From the NCBI GenBank assembly GCA_963662335.2, contig CAXXVD010000001.1, positions 64,001-128,000 on the forward strand: DNA of 64,000 nt, in the 5' to 3' direction. This stretch comes from Chloroflexota bacterium. GTDB lineage: Bacteria > Chloroflexota > UBA11872 > VXOZ01. Shown piece by piece: positions 30,459 to 39,749 of the stretch (position 1 is the stretch's first letter; every line of letters starts with the position of its first letter). Both the position numbers and the translations under genes were made by a program. The notes beneath the pieces are model-generated. The model searched no databases. It was given only the letters and a program-made list of their open reading frames with translations, and was not told the DNA's origin.

Positions 30459-30803
30459 ATGGCGTTGCTAGTCGGAGAGTCGTGCGTGGCGTGCCGCGTT
30501 GGCGCGCCGACCATGACCGCAGCCGAAATCGCCGCGCTCAAGCCCCAAATCCCCGACTGGAACGTGGTGGAGCGGGATGGCATTCCGCAACTGGAGCGAG
30601 TCTACCCGTTCCCCAACTTCACCCAGTCGCTGGCGTTCACCAACGCAGTGGCCGCCGCAGCGGAAGCGCAAGACCACCATCCTGCCATTCTCACCGAATG
30701 GGTGGGCGTCACCGTCTCGTGGTGGACGCACAAGATCAAGGGCCTGCACCGCAACGACTTCATCATGGCGGCCAAGACCGACGCGCTCTACGGCAGCGGC
30801 TAA
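30459..30803 (+). CDS. phhB: pterin-4-alpha-carbinolamine dehydratase
   Basis: [34 protein letters not shown]; RBS AAGGAG. Confidence 0.93.
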   Translation: MALLVGESCVACRVGAPTMTAAEIAALKPQIPDWNVVERDGIPQLERVYPFPNFTQSLAFTNAVAAAAEAQDHHPAILTEWVGVTVSWWTHKIKGLHRNDFIMAAKTDALYGSG

Positions 30804-30868
30804 GCGCCCTCTTTGGTATGGGGTCAGCCCAATTCGCCAAGCCCGCATCGCGCGACTCACCCGCGGTG

Positions 30869-31007
30869 GCGGGGGACAAGCCCCCGCGCTACGGGATGCG
30901 GCCGGTGCTCTCCGTTCATGCTGAGCTTTTCGAAGCATGAACGGCGGGCGCGGAGGCACAGTTCCCCACTCGCGCCGTTCACCCTTCGACCCCGCTCAGG
31001 GCGAACG
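30869..31007. repeat. mixed REP cluster (GTAG-REP plus CTGAGC..TCGAAG pair)
   Basis: Reverse complement of GTAGCGCGGGGGCTTGTCCCCCGC at 30869-30892; second family at about 30912-30944 and 30975-31007. Confidence 0.8.
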
Positions 31008-31067
31008 GCGTGCAAAGCTAGCCTTGGGCATCTCTACTTGCGAGTCACTGCGAGTTCGAGCTATTTC

Positions 31068-32489
31068 CTACTCTCCGCCAGCAGTGCGGCGCAGGAGCAG
31101 CGGGCTGAGCACAACGTAGAGCACGAACGCCACAATGAACGACGGCAGCGAGCCGCCGTAGCCCGTCAGCGCATCCGGCGCGAGGCCCTGCACGCCCTCC
31201 ACGAAGTTGCTCAAGAGGTTGGGGTTGACCAAGTGATAGACGCTCACGCCGGCCGCCCAGCAGAGCAACGCCAGCCAGTTCACGCCGCCCAGGTACCAGT
31301 ACGCGCCATCGCGCGCATAGAGTTCCGCGGTTTTGTACGCCCGCCGCCGCACGACGAAGAAGTCGGCCGCCATCACGCCAAAGAGCGAGATGAAGACCGA
31401 GCCTATCAGCAGCATGAAGATCTCATACGTCACCATGTTGAGGAACGACGCCAAGATGAGGCCGATCGCGGCGACGATCACGACGAAGACCCGCTGCGGA
31501 ATGCGCGAGAAGACGTTCTGCGCCGTGACGGCCGCGGAATAGATGTCGGCGAAGGCCTGGTCGGTCTCCACGGCCAGGGTCGCGAGCAGCGCCAGCCAGC
31601 CGGCGGTGAAGACGATGATCGCGCCGGCAATCGCCACGGCCGGATTGCTCAGGTCGCCGAGCGTCACGGTCGCCACCAGCAGCACGCCGAGACCGTAGAA
31701 CCAGGTGTTCGCCAGGAGGTAGCCCAGGCCCGACCCGGCAAACGCGCCGGTGTCGCTGCGCCCAAAGCGGCTGTAATCGGCAATGAGCGGTATCCACGAA
31801 ATCGGCATGGCGATGACCAGGTCCACGCCCACCCAGAAGGGCGCGCCGTCCGTGCTCGTTTGCGAGAGCACGTCGCCCAGATTAAAACTGCTCACGATGG
31901 AGTAGGTGAGCCAAAGTGAGGCCGCCGTCATTACCCAAATGCCGAATTTCTCCATCCACTGGCGCACGACGACAATCGGGCCGCCCAGGGCGAACGCGGT
32001 GCAAACGACGGCAAAGAAAAGCAGCCACAGCAAGTACGCGTCGATGTCGAACAGGGTCTTGACCGCGTGATTGGCCGCCCACGACATGGCCCACAACTCG
32101 AATGCCGTCCACCCCACCAGTTGCAGAAAGTTGAAGAAACTGGGCACATAGGAACCGCGTATGCCCAAAACGGGACGCAGCAAGACCATGGTCGGCACGT
32201 GCACGCGCGCGCCGGCGTAGGCCATGAGCGCCAGCAGGAAGACGCCGATGAAACTGCCGACAATCACCGCCAGCAGCGCCTGCCGGGGCGCCATGCCCAG
32301 GCCGTGGTCTTCCGCGGGCAGCACCAGCAGCGCGCCGGTGAGAATGACCAACAGGCCGATCCCCAGGTTGAACCAGAGCACGAAGTGCTGCCGGAACGAC
32401 ATCCGGCGTTCGGCGGCTGGCACCGGGTCCACGCCCCACTCGGGCGGCACCTCGACCCTGGGCAGAAACTTGGACAATGTACCGAGCAT
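31068..32489 (-). CDS. NCS1-family permease, putative hydroxymethylpyrimidine/thiamine-precursor transporter (CytX-like)
   Basis: Multi-TM; PTMVLLRP.LG.RGS, QLVGWT.FE, MPISWIPLIADYSRF; RBS AAGGAGGT; TPP riboswitch upstream. Confidence 0.85.
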   Translation of the reverse strand: MLGTLSKFLPRVEVPPEWGVDPVPAAERRMSFRQHFVLWFNLGIGLLVILTGALLVLPAEDHGLGMAPRQALLAVIVGSFIGVFLLALMAYAGARVHVPTMVLLRPVLGIRGSYVPSFFNFLQLVGWTAFELWAMSWAANHAVKTLFDIDAYLLWLLFFAVVCTAFALGGPIVVVRQWMEKFGIWVMTAASLWLTYSIVSSFNLGDVLSQTSTDGAPFWVGVDLVIAMPISWIPLIADYSRFGRSDTGAFAGSGLGYLLANTWFYGLGVLLVATVTLGDLSNPAVAIAGAIIVFTAGWLALLATLAVETDQAFADIYSAAVTAQNVFSRIPQRVFVVIVAAIGLILASFLNMVTYEIFMLLIGSVFISLFGVMAADFFVVRRRAYKTAELYARDGAYWYLGGVNWLALLCWAAGVSVYHLVNPNLLSNFVEGVQGLAPDALTGYGGSLPSFIVAFVLYVVLSPLLLRRTAGGE

Positions 32490-32645
32490 CTGTGCATACC
32501 TCCTTCTGCATGCCGGCCCCGCAATTTGCACGGGACAGGCCTTTCGCCGCAACAAGGGACACCGCGCCTGGAGTTGCCAGGCGCTCTTAACGAAAACAGG
32601 CGTGCTGCGGATTCAGCACGCCCAGAATTTGCAGGCTCAGCAGTG

Positions 32646-32738
32646 CATTCCCTCCGCAGGTATTACCCTGATCAGGTGCAAGGGTTCGAGGCCGTACGCG
32701 CGCCTCATCTCAGCCCGGACTCCCGGGCTCCCCTATCA
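32646..32738 (-). ncRNA. TPP (thi-box) riboswitch
   Basis: Minus strand GGGGAGCCCGGGAGTCCGGGCTGAGA...GAACCCTTGCACCTGATCAGGGTAATACCTGCGGAGGGAA; all hallmark TPP segments present. Confidence 0.95.
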
Positions 32739-32766
32739 CGCCGCTCTTCAGTTGTCCAACGCCGTA

Positions 32767-32775
32767 ACTATAGCA
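32767..32775 (-). promoter_or_regulatory. extended -10 promoter element upstream of the TPP riboswitch
   Basis: Minus strand TGCTATAGT (TGnTATAAT-like), about 30 nt before the aptamer. Confidence 0.55.
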
Positions 32776-32901
32776 CGCGCGCGTTGCGCCCGCAACAGCA
32801 CTCGTAGTTTATGGCTTCCGCCAAGAGGCGGGGAACAAGCCCCCGCGCTACGACTATTCGGTGTCACTAACCTTCACGGGCTAGGCGCAATCGCGGGACC
32901 T

Positions 32902-33576
32902 CTATTCCCGATCGCGCGCCTGAAGCACGCATCGGAGGAGACGCAAAGACTCCACCGCAAACTGTCGTTGATTTGCCCCGCGCCCGCCATCCGGCAGCAG
33001 AAGCGTGGACGTCCAAACACGCTCCCGCCCATCATGCACTTCCGCCGTAGCGCGGGGGCTTGTCCCCCGCCCACGCGCAAGTTCCGCTTCGCTCTCCAGC
33101 CCTTCGGTAGCGCGGGGGCTTGTCCCCCGCTCTTGCGCGGATGTCCCTGCTTCAACCGGCCCGGCCACGGCCAGGCACACCATCCCCACCGGTTTCGCCG
33201 AACGGCGGCCGGTCTGGGGTCCGGCAATACCGCTTTCCGCCAATGCCCATTGACAGTCAAACGCGCCGCGAACATACCGCGCCAACGCCGCTACGTACTC
33301 CTCACTCACGACACCGTGTGTGCGCGCTACACCGCTAATATCCCGCGCCAGCGGCGCGTCGCTGCCGGCATACACGACCACCCCGCCGCGAAACCGCGTC
33401 TCAAACGCGGCGACGGCGCTGAGCGCGCTGGCGAGCGCGCCGCCCCCAGCAGTCTCACCCACCGCCAGCGTCTCGCCGCGCTGGGCAAGCACGTCGCCCA
33501 CCTCTTCCGCCAACCGCCGCAACTCATGGCGGCCGGACTGCGCCGGTTCACTCGGCAAGGGTGCGTTCATCGCCAT
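32902..33576 (-). CDS. CinA C-terminal/PncC (NMN deamidase-like) protein with internal REP-derived insert
   Basis: LAVGETAGG, F.GGVVVY, GVVSEE, ESGIAGP, KPVG.V; overlaps the selB stop. Confidence 0.8.
   Translation of the reverse strand: MAMNAPLPSEPAQSGRHELRRLAEEVGDVLAQRGETLAVGETAGGGALASALSAVAAFETRFRGGVVVYAGSDAPLARDISGVARTHGVVSEEYVAALARYVRGAFDCQWALAESGIAGPQTGRRSAKPVGMVCLAVAGPVEAGTSAQERGTSPRATEGLESEAELARGRGTSPRATAEVHDGRERVWTSTLLLPDGGRGANQRQFAVESLRLLRCVLQARDRE
33047..33130. repeat. two identical 24-bp GTAG-REP copies inside the CinA CDS
   Basis: GTAGCGCGGGGGCTTGTCCCCCGC at 33047-33070 and 33107-33130; intergenic copies at 30869, 32828 and 40950. Confidence 0.92.
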
Positions 33577-35419
33577 GCCTTCGGGTCACGCCGTCGCGGT
33601 CCATTTGCTCTAGCAGCGGCAGCACGTACTTGCGGCTGGTGCCAAAGGCGTCACGCACCTGGGCCACGGTCGCCCGCCCCTCCCGGCCCAAGAATTCCCG
33701 CACGCGCGCCACCGCCTGCGCGTAGGCCTTACGCGAGTAGACGAGGTCGGTGTCCAGCCGGATGATGCGGCCCTGCGCCGCCAGCACGTTCAGGAAGTCT
33801 TCATCCAGCGCCAACGTCTTGCGCACCTCAGCCAAACTCGGCGGCGCGAACGGCTCCCGCTCCAGCGCGGCGAGCAGCGCGTTTGCGGTCTCTTCCTGCC
33901 GCGCGTCCAGCCCAATGCGAAAACCGAAGAGGCGCAACGCGCCTTGCTCTTCAGCAACTGCCTCGTCGGCAGAGAGGCGCTGTATGACCTCGTTGAACAC
34001 GCGGCTATGCAAGCCGAGATGACGCCGCACTTCCTCCTTGCCTTGCCCGTTGCGTAGGGGATACCGTTCGTGGAAACCCTGGAGCAGAGCGGTCACGCGC
34101 GCCGTAATCTCAGTCCAACCGGCCGCGGAGTAGAGCGAGCGGCCGAGGTCTACGGCCAGTTCCGCGCCCAACAGCCGCGCCAGGATTTCGTCAATTTCCG
34201 CAGCGGTATGCGGCAGCACACCGGCGATCTCGGCGCGCGTGCAGGGCTCCCGTTGCCGTAAGGCCTGCAGAACGACGTCGTCGGGTGAGCCGCGTTCCAA
34301 CGTAGCCAAAGCCGCGATCACGTCGTGCGCAAAGCGTTTGTGGCGCGGCGGGTAGGGGTCGAGCACTTCCCCGCCGCCCAGCGTGCACGCCGGGCTGAGC
34401 TGGCGGAGGATGAAGAGGTCGCCCTTGCTGAGGCACACCGGCTTTACGAGCAGCAGTTGCGCCAGCCCGTCCGCCCCGGGCGGGATTGATTCGCGGTCGA
34501 GCAGACGCACCCGCGCCAGCGTCTCCATGGTCCCGCTGTGGAAGGCCACCACGGTCCCATGCGCCAGCGGCCGCGGCGCGGCGGGCAAGACGCGCACGCG
34601 CACGTCGGCGAAGCGCGTGGCGGCGAGCCTTTGTGGCAACGTCAGCACCTGACCGCGATAGACGTCATCCGTGTCAACGCCGCCGACGTTCACGGCAACG
34701 CGATTGCCGGGCAGGGCGGACTCCAGCGCGTGCTTGTGACTCTGCAAGCCGCGAATGCGGCCGCTCACGTTGCCGGGGACGAACTGCACGTCGTCACCGA
34801 CCTGCAGTTGACCGTCCAGCAGCGTGCCGGTAACGATTGTGCCGAAGCCGCTGAGCGTAAACGCCCGGTCGATGGGCAGGCGCGGCCGGCCTACGTCTCG
34901 CTTCGCCGCCGTTTCCGCGAGCAAGGCGTCTAGGGCCGCGCGGAGCGCGTCCAGCCCCTGGCCCGTGACCGCGGAGACGCGCACGAGCGGGCTGTCGGCG
35001 AGCACGGTCTCCGCCACCGTCTCACGTGCTTCTTCTTCTACGAGTTGCAGCCACTCTTCATCCTCCACCAGGTCGCAGCGCGTCAATACCAGGATGCCCG
35101 CCGGCACGCGCAGCAAGTCGAGAATATCCAGGTGCTCGCGGGTCTGCGGCATCACGCCTTCGTCGGCGGCAATCACCAGCAGCGCCGCGTCGATGCCGCC
35201 CACGCCGGCCAGCATGTTCTTGATGAAGCGCTCGTGGCCCGGCACGTCTACAATGGAAATCTCCTTGCCGCTGGGCAGGGAGAGCCAGGCGAAGCCCAGG
35301 TCGATCGTCAACCCGCGCTCTTTCTCCTCGCGGAGCCGGTCCGGGTCGATGCCGGTGAGCGCCTGGATGAGCGTGGACTTGCCGTGGTCTACGTGTCCCG
35401 CGGTGCCGATCGTGTACAT
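33548..35419 (-). CDS. selB: selenocysteine-specific translation elongation factor
   Basis: [42 protein letters not shown], long winged-helix C-terminus with SRKY..PLLE..D...TRR. Confidence 0.97.
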   Translation of the reverse strand: MYTIGTAGHVDHGKSTLIQALTGIDPDRLREEKERGLTIDLGFAWLSLPSGKEISIVDVPGHERFIKNMLAGVGGIDAALLVIAADEGVMPQTREHLDILDLLRVPAGILVLTRCDLVEDEEWLQLVEEEARETVAETVLADSPLVRVSAVTGQGLDALRAALDALLAETAAKRDVGRPRLPIDRAFTLSGFGTIVTGTLLDGQLQVGDDVQFVPGNVSGRIRGLQSHKHALESALPGNRVAVNVGGVDTDDVYRGQVLTLPQRLAATRFADVRVRVLPAAPRPLAHGTVVAFHSGTMETLARVRLLDRESIPPGADGLAQLLLVKPVCLSKGDLFILRQLSPACTLGGGEVLDPYPPRHKRFAHDVIAALATLERGSPDDVVLQALRQREPCTRAEIAGVLPHTAAEIDEILARLLGAELAVDLGRSLYSAAGWTEITARVTALLQGFHERYPLRNGQGKEEVRRHLGLHSRVFNEVIQRLSADEAVAEEQGALRLFGFRIGLDARQEETANALLAALEREPFAPPSLAEVRKTLALDEDFLNVLAAQGRIIRLDTDLVYSRKAYAQAVARVREFLGREGRATVAQVRDAFGTSRKYVLPLLEQMDRDGVTRRHGDERTLAE

Positions 35420-35600
35420 CTACGTGCCTTGCGGATTTTCTTTAATGCGCAGACGATTACGGGCGAGTTTCAGGACTGCGCCGGTAGTCGTCTTCCCAAC
35501 GGCCAGACGGCGGCAATGCGCGGTCGGGCGCCGCCGCGCGCTCGTGCGCAGCGTATCACACCGGCGGATACCGGCGTAAGCAACAGCCTCTTCAACCACT

Positions 35601-36662
35601 TCACGGCGGCCCGGCAGCCTTCCCAACTTTGAATACGCTCGCCTTCTTGCCGGAGACCAGCACGTCGTAGCGCTTCAAGACCGTAAAGTCGCCCCTCAAG
35701 TCCTGGATGCACCGCTCGAAGAGCGCCGGCCTTCCCGCCAAGAGCACCAGGAGGCCCCCCGGTCGCAGGATTCTGTGGCATTCGCGCAGCATTTCGCGGT
35801 GAAACTGCTCCGGATCGCCGTGCTGGGCCGAATAAAATCCCCATGGCGGGTCGGTGATGATCTTGTCCACAGAACCCGGCGCGAACGTCCGCAAGTCCAG
35901 CGCGTCCCAGCGGCCAACGACGATCTGCTTCCGCTGCCTGCCCCCTGCCCGGCCAAGCCGCCGCGCGTGCGAGCGCAGGCTCTTGACGTGCTTTGGATCG
36001 ACGTCGCCGGCCAGGATTTCGCGGTAGGGAAAAGCCCGCGCGCGCTCCAGCGGTATGGCGCCCGAGCCGCAAAACGGATCGAGCACAACGTCCGTTTCCG
36101 CCGGCTCGGAGATGAGGCAAAGCAGGTGGCAGAGTTCCGGCCGCAATTCGCCGCGTGCCAGCGTCTTCTCGTACGCCCGGTGTCGAGTGAGGCGCAGGCC
36201 CACGAAGCCAACGCCTTCCCGCCGGGACAGCAGCCAGACCTCCACGTCGGGCTTGCTATGGTTCGGCCTCAGCCGCTCGTCGGGCGCGAGCGCCCGCTCC
36301 AGGGCCGCGCGGACGCCCCGCGGCAGCGAGACGAATTGGTTGCCGTGCGAGGCCACAAACCGGTACGTGAGGCTCTTGCGCGGCAGATGGGGCGCGAGAC
36401 GGCGCGGGAAGCTGTCGTCGGCCAGAATCGCCCGGCTCATCTGCCCGATTGGATTGCGCCCCAGCCCAGCAAATGACATAAGGCAGACGAAACTATTGTT
36501 GCAAAACCGCAGCGCCCGCACCTCCGCGGCGGTGGCGGCGGAACGATACACCACGAGTCCATCGAGAAGCGTCTCTATCTTTACGCTCTCAAGCGACCGC
36601 TCCAGGGCGGCGGCAACCACCTCTCCCATGCCGGGAATGAACGTGGAGGCATACGTGGTCAT
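35601..36662 (-). CDS. putative RNA methyltransferase (UPF0020/TRM11-like)
   Basis: GELRPE, LDPFCGSG.IPLE, IITDPPWG. Confidence 0.8.
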   Translation of the reverse strand: MTTYASTFIPGMGEVVAAALERSLESVKIETLLDGLVVYRSAATAAEVRALRFCNNSFVCLMSFAGLGRNPIGQMSRAILADDSFPRRLAPHLPRKSLTYRFVASHGNQFVSLPRGVRAALERALAPDERLRPNHSKPDVEVWLLSRREGVGFVGLRLTRHRAYEKTLARGELRPELCHLLCLISEPAETDVVLDPFCGSGAIPLERARAFPYREILAGDVDPKHVKSLRSHARRLGRAGGRQRKQIVVGRWDALDLRTFAPGSVDKIITDPPWGFYSAQHGDPEQFHREMLRECHRILRPGGLLVLLAGRPALFERCIQDLRGDFTVLKRYDVLVSGKKASVFKVGKAAGPP

Positions 36663-36790
36663 GGGCGTGAATTCGCGGTATAGGCGTCTGATGCGCTGGA
36701 GTTACGGATTGGTCTCCCGCAATTATACCGCGATACGCACGCCGTCTCGCTTGCCTGCGGCCGCGCGCATTGGAGAACAAAGGCCCGCCG

Positions 36791-37783
36791 CTACACCTCG
36801 CACACAATGCCGTCGCCGTCACCGTCACGCGCGCTTGGCACCATCGCCTGCGGAAATCCCTCTCCGTCTCCCACGCTGCCTCGCACGCGCTCCTCACCGG
36901 CTTCGACAGCCGCGTCGCAATCGTCGTACGTGGGCGTTGGCGTCGGTGAAGATCCGGGCGTGGGTGTTGGCGCCGGAGTAGGAGTCGGTTTCGGTGTAGG
37001 TGTCGGATTGGGCGTGGGCGTGGGTGAAGGCGTCGGCGAGGGGGTAGGAGTGGGAAAGACGATTCGCGGCCGCTCCTCGCACCCGGTCAGCATCGCCCGC
37101 AGCGCGCGCACTTCGGCGGCGTCCGCGCTCAGTCCCCAGTATACCTTGACCGCAATCCAGTCCTGCGCGTATTGGCACCACGCCCCTTCCGCCGGCGGCT
37201 TCCACTGCGCCGGGTCGCGCGCGCCTTTGGCGCGGTTGCTCTCCGCCGAAACCGCGGTCAGGGTCTGCGGCAGCGTCAGGTCGTTCGCGTAGGCGTAGCG
37301 CCGCGCATACGACCACCGCCAGCCTCCGGATTCATGCGCTTCGGCAAGAGGCACGACGTGGTCGACGTCCACGTCTGAAGCGCGCCTGAGCGTCCGCTCA
37401 TCGTACCACGACCACCACGTGCCGCCGGGCACGCACGACTCGCCGTCAGCCAGCGTCCGGGCCTCGGCTACCAGCACTTCCTGGCGTGTGTTGCAGCCGT
37501 CGCCGTCATCGTCGTCCCAGCCGCCTTGCTCGTACATCCAGCGGCCGTAGGTCACGCCGCCGTCAGTTTCCGGCGCAAGCGTGAGCCACACGCCCGCCAC
37601 GTAGACTCTCCTGGGCCGGGTGCGCTCCGGCAGGCAGTTGGCCGCGTAGAATGCGTCAACGCCTTGCCAGCCCGCTTCTTTCAAAGCCGGCCGCGCGTCC
37701 TCAAGCTGGCCGCACAGCGCCGCCGTCGGCCCATCGTCGATGACAATCGAAATCCACAGTATCGAAAGTACCAGCGCCAGCAC
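36791..37783 (-). CDS. secreted DUF1524/HNH endonuclease with Pro-Thr linker and Excalibur Ca-binding domain
   Basis: Hydrophobic N-terminus; [40 protein letters not shown]; (PT)n; YDDCD...[11 protein letters not shown]. Confidence 0.85.
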   Translation of the reverse strand: MLALVLSILWISIVIDDGPTAALCGQLEDARPALKEAGWQGVDAFYAANCLPERTRPRRVYVAGVWLTLAPETDGGVTYGRWMYEQGGWDDDDGDGCNTRQEVLVAEARTLADGESCVPGGTWWSWYDERTLRRASDVDVDHVVPLAEAHESGGWRWSYARRYAYANDLTLPQTLTAVSAESNRAKGARDPAQWKPPAEGAWCQYAQDWIAVKVYWGLSADAAEVRALRAMLTGCEERPRIVFPTPTPSPTPSPTPTPNPTPTPKPTPTPAPTPTPGSSPTPTPTYDDCDAAVEAGEERVRGSVGDGEGFPQAMVPSARDGDGDGIVCEV

Positions 37784-38152
37784 GTGTCACTCCTTTGCCT
37801 TGCGCTTGCCGAAATTCGTGGCACACACAGTTAAATGCGCGCAAGCAGCCTACACGCAACGCAAACATTGGAGAATCCTGCCGTCCCCACAAGCCTCACA
37901 CAGGCAAAGCCGCGCATAGAAGGGCCTCCCTCTCCCTGGGGAGACCATTGCATAAGCCCCTTCCCCCTCGAGGAAGGTTGGGATGGGAGTGAAAGGGCTT
38001 GACTAAGCGAGTTTCTTAGCTGCAATTAGCCTCTGGATTCGGGCTCTCGCCGGAGTGACGGATTCAAGCAGAGGTCTTCCCGGTGAGAGGGGAAAGCCCG
38101 CGGGGTATCAGCCAATCTCCTGCCGCCAGCCGGAGCAGCGCCAAGCCCGCCC

Positions 38153-39589
38153 CTACTCCGTAGCCGGAGTCTCATCTGCCTGAGAAACCGCCCACCGCTC
38201 CGCCAGCCGATAGAGGCCCATGCCGTGGGAACCCTTGACGAGCACCGCGTCGTGCGGCTGCGCTTCCGCCGCCAGGAGCGTTTCGGCTGCCACCAGGGCC
38301 GCATTCAGCGCAACTTCGTCTGTGTAGTCCGCCGGCATCTCCGTAATCCGCGCCGGGTCCATACCGGCCGCCCGCGCGCCGGCCGCAATATGCGCGCTCT
38401 CGGCGCCAATCGCTATCAGCCGGTAGGCATAGCGGGCCGCGGCCTCGCCTAAGAGGCGGTGCTCTTCAGCCGCATACTCACCCAGTTCCAGCATGTCGCC
38501 AAGCACCGCAAACCGCCTGCCCCGCGCGCCCAACTGGGCCAGCGTCTCCAGCGCCAGAATGCCGGAAACGCGGTTGGCGTTATAGGCGTCGTCGAGCAGG
38601 ATCGTGCCATTGCGGCCCGTCCGCGCGTGCAGGCGGCCCGGCGCGGGGCGCACGTTTGCCAGTCCCGCCGCAATCTCAGCCAGCGAGAGGCCGAATACCT
38701 GTCCTACGGCGGCGGCGGCCAACGCGGCGTAGACCCCGGCCTGTCCCAAAATTCGCGTCTTAACCTGCCCCTGGCGGTCGCCTACGCGCACGTCGCACTG
38801 CGTCCAGCCGTCCGGCAGGAGGGTCACGTTCCGCGCCGACACGTCCGCCGCGCCGTTCGTGCCGTAGAATATCGTCCGCACGCGCGTGCGGGCCGCCATC
38901 GTCCTGACCCGCGCGTCATCGCCGTTCAAGACCGCCGCACCGCTTGCCGGCAGCGCCTGTGCCAACTCGCCCTTTGCCTGCCGCACCACGTCCAGCGAGC
39001 CGAACAACTCGAGGTGCACCGGCCCGACCGCCGTCACCACGCCGACGTGGGGCCGCACCCGGCGGCAGTAGGCGGCAATCTCGCCGCGCCACTGCGCGCC
39101 CATCTCCAGTACCAACACGTCGTCTGCCGGGTGGCAGCGCGCCACCGTGCGGGGAATGCCGAGTTCGTTGTTTTCGGTGCCCAGCGTCTTGCAGACCCGG
39201 AAGCGCTCCGCCAGCACCGCCGCAATCGCCTCTTTCGTGGTCGTCTTGCCATAGCTGCCCGTGACGGCCACGATTCGCAGGGCAGGGCGCTTTCGTATCA
39301 GGTAGGAAGCCAACTTCCACGCCGCGTCATTTGGATTCCGCACGCGAATCTGCGGGATACCCACGCCGGCACGCGGACGTTGGCACAGAATCGCGGCGGC
39401 GCCCTTGGCCGCGGCGTCCGGTATGAACGCATGACCGTCGCGCTGGCCGGTGCGCAGCGCCAGAAAGACCTCGCCCGGTTGCAGTATGCGCGAATCGTGG
39501 CAGAGACCCGTGCAGCCAATGTCTGCCGCATCTAAGCCGGGCGGCGGCTCGCGGCGCAAAGCGCGGTAGAGATCGGCAAGTTGGAACAC
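38153..39589 (-). CDS. murF: UDP-MurNAc-tripeptide--D-Ala-D-Ala ligase
   Basis: DSR...GEVFLA..G..DGH.F, VTGSYGKTTTKE, NNELGIP, VLEMG, LNGDD, DDAYNAN, LGDMLELG, LVKGS; GTG start after AAGGAG. Confidence 0.93.
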   Translation of the reverse strand: MFQLADLYRALRREPPPGLDAADIGCTGLCHDSRILQPGEVFLALRTGQRDGHAFIPDAAAKGAAAILCQRPRAGVGIPQIRVRNPNDAAWKLASYLIRKRPALRIVAVTGSYGKTTTKEAIAAVLAERFRVCKTLGTENNELGIPRTVARCHPADDVLVLEMGAQWRGEIAAYCRRVRPHVGVVTAVGPVHLELFGSLDVVRQAKGELAQALPASGAAVLNGDDARVRTMAARTRVRTIFYGTNGAADVSARNVTLLPDGWTQCDVRVGDRQGQVKTRILGQAGVYAALAAAAVGQVFGLSLAEIAAGLANVRPAPGRLHARTGRNGTILLDDAYNANRVSGILALETLAQLGARGRRFAVLGDMLELGEYAAEEHRLLGEAAARYAYRLIAIGAESAHIAAGARAAGMDPARITEMPADYTDEVALNAALVAAETLLAAEAQPHDAVLVKGSHGMGLYRLAERWAVSQADETPATE

Positions 39590-39690
39590 GAGTGGGCGCG
39601 CTCCTTGCGAGCGGTTCTGCGGGTCGGGGAAAGATGCGCAGGCGACCGCGGCGCACGCCGCCCTACACGCTAGGAGAGACCGCGCCGACC

Positions 39691-39699
39691 TGCTATAAT
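39691..39699 (+). promoter_or_regulatory. extended -10 promoter element for ddl
   Basis: Perfect TGCTATAAT, 50 nt upstream of the ddl ATG. Confidence 0.65.
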
Positions 39700-39749
39700 G
39701 GTGCCGCCACTCGTCAGCATAGCACACGGCGTCGAGCGCCACTTCAACC

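Noticed and set aside
32224-33765. Long + strand ORF of 513 aa and other long antisense ORFs (1281-2498, 20065-21684, 21489-22976, 49923-51164)
   Set aside because: Shadow frames of real genes in high-GC DNA; Arg/Ala-rich with no motifs
35420-35600. tRNA-Sec (selC) next to selB
   Set aside because: No cloverleaf, TCA anticodon arm or T-loop motif is visible
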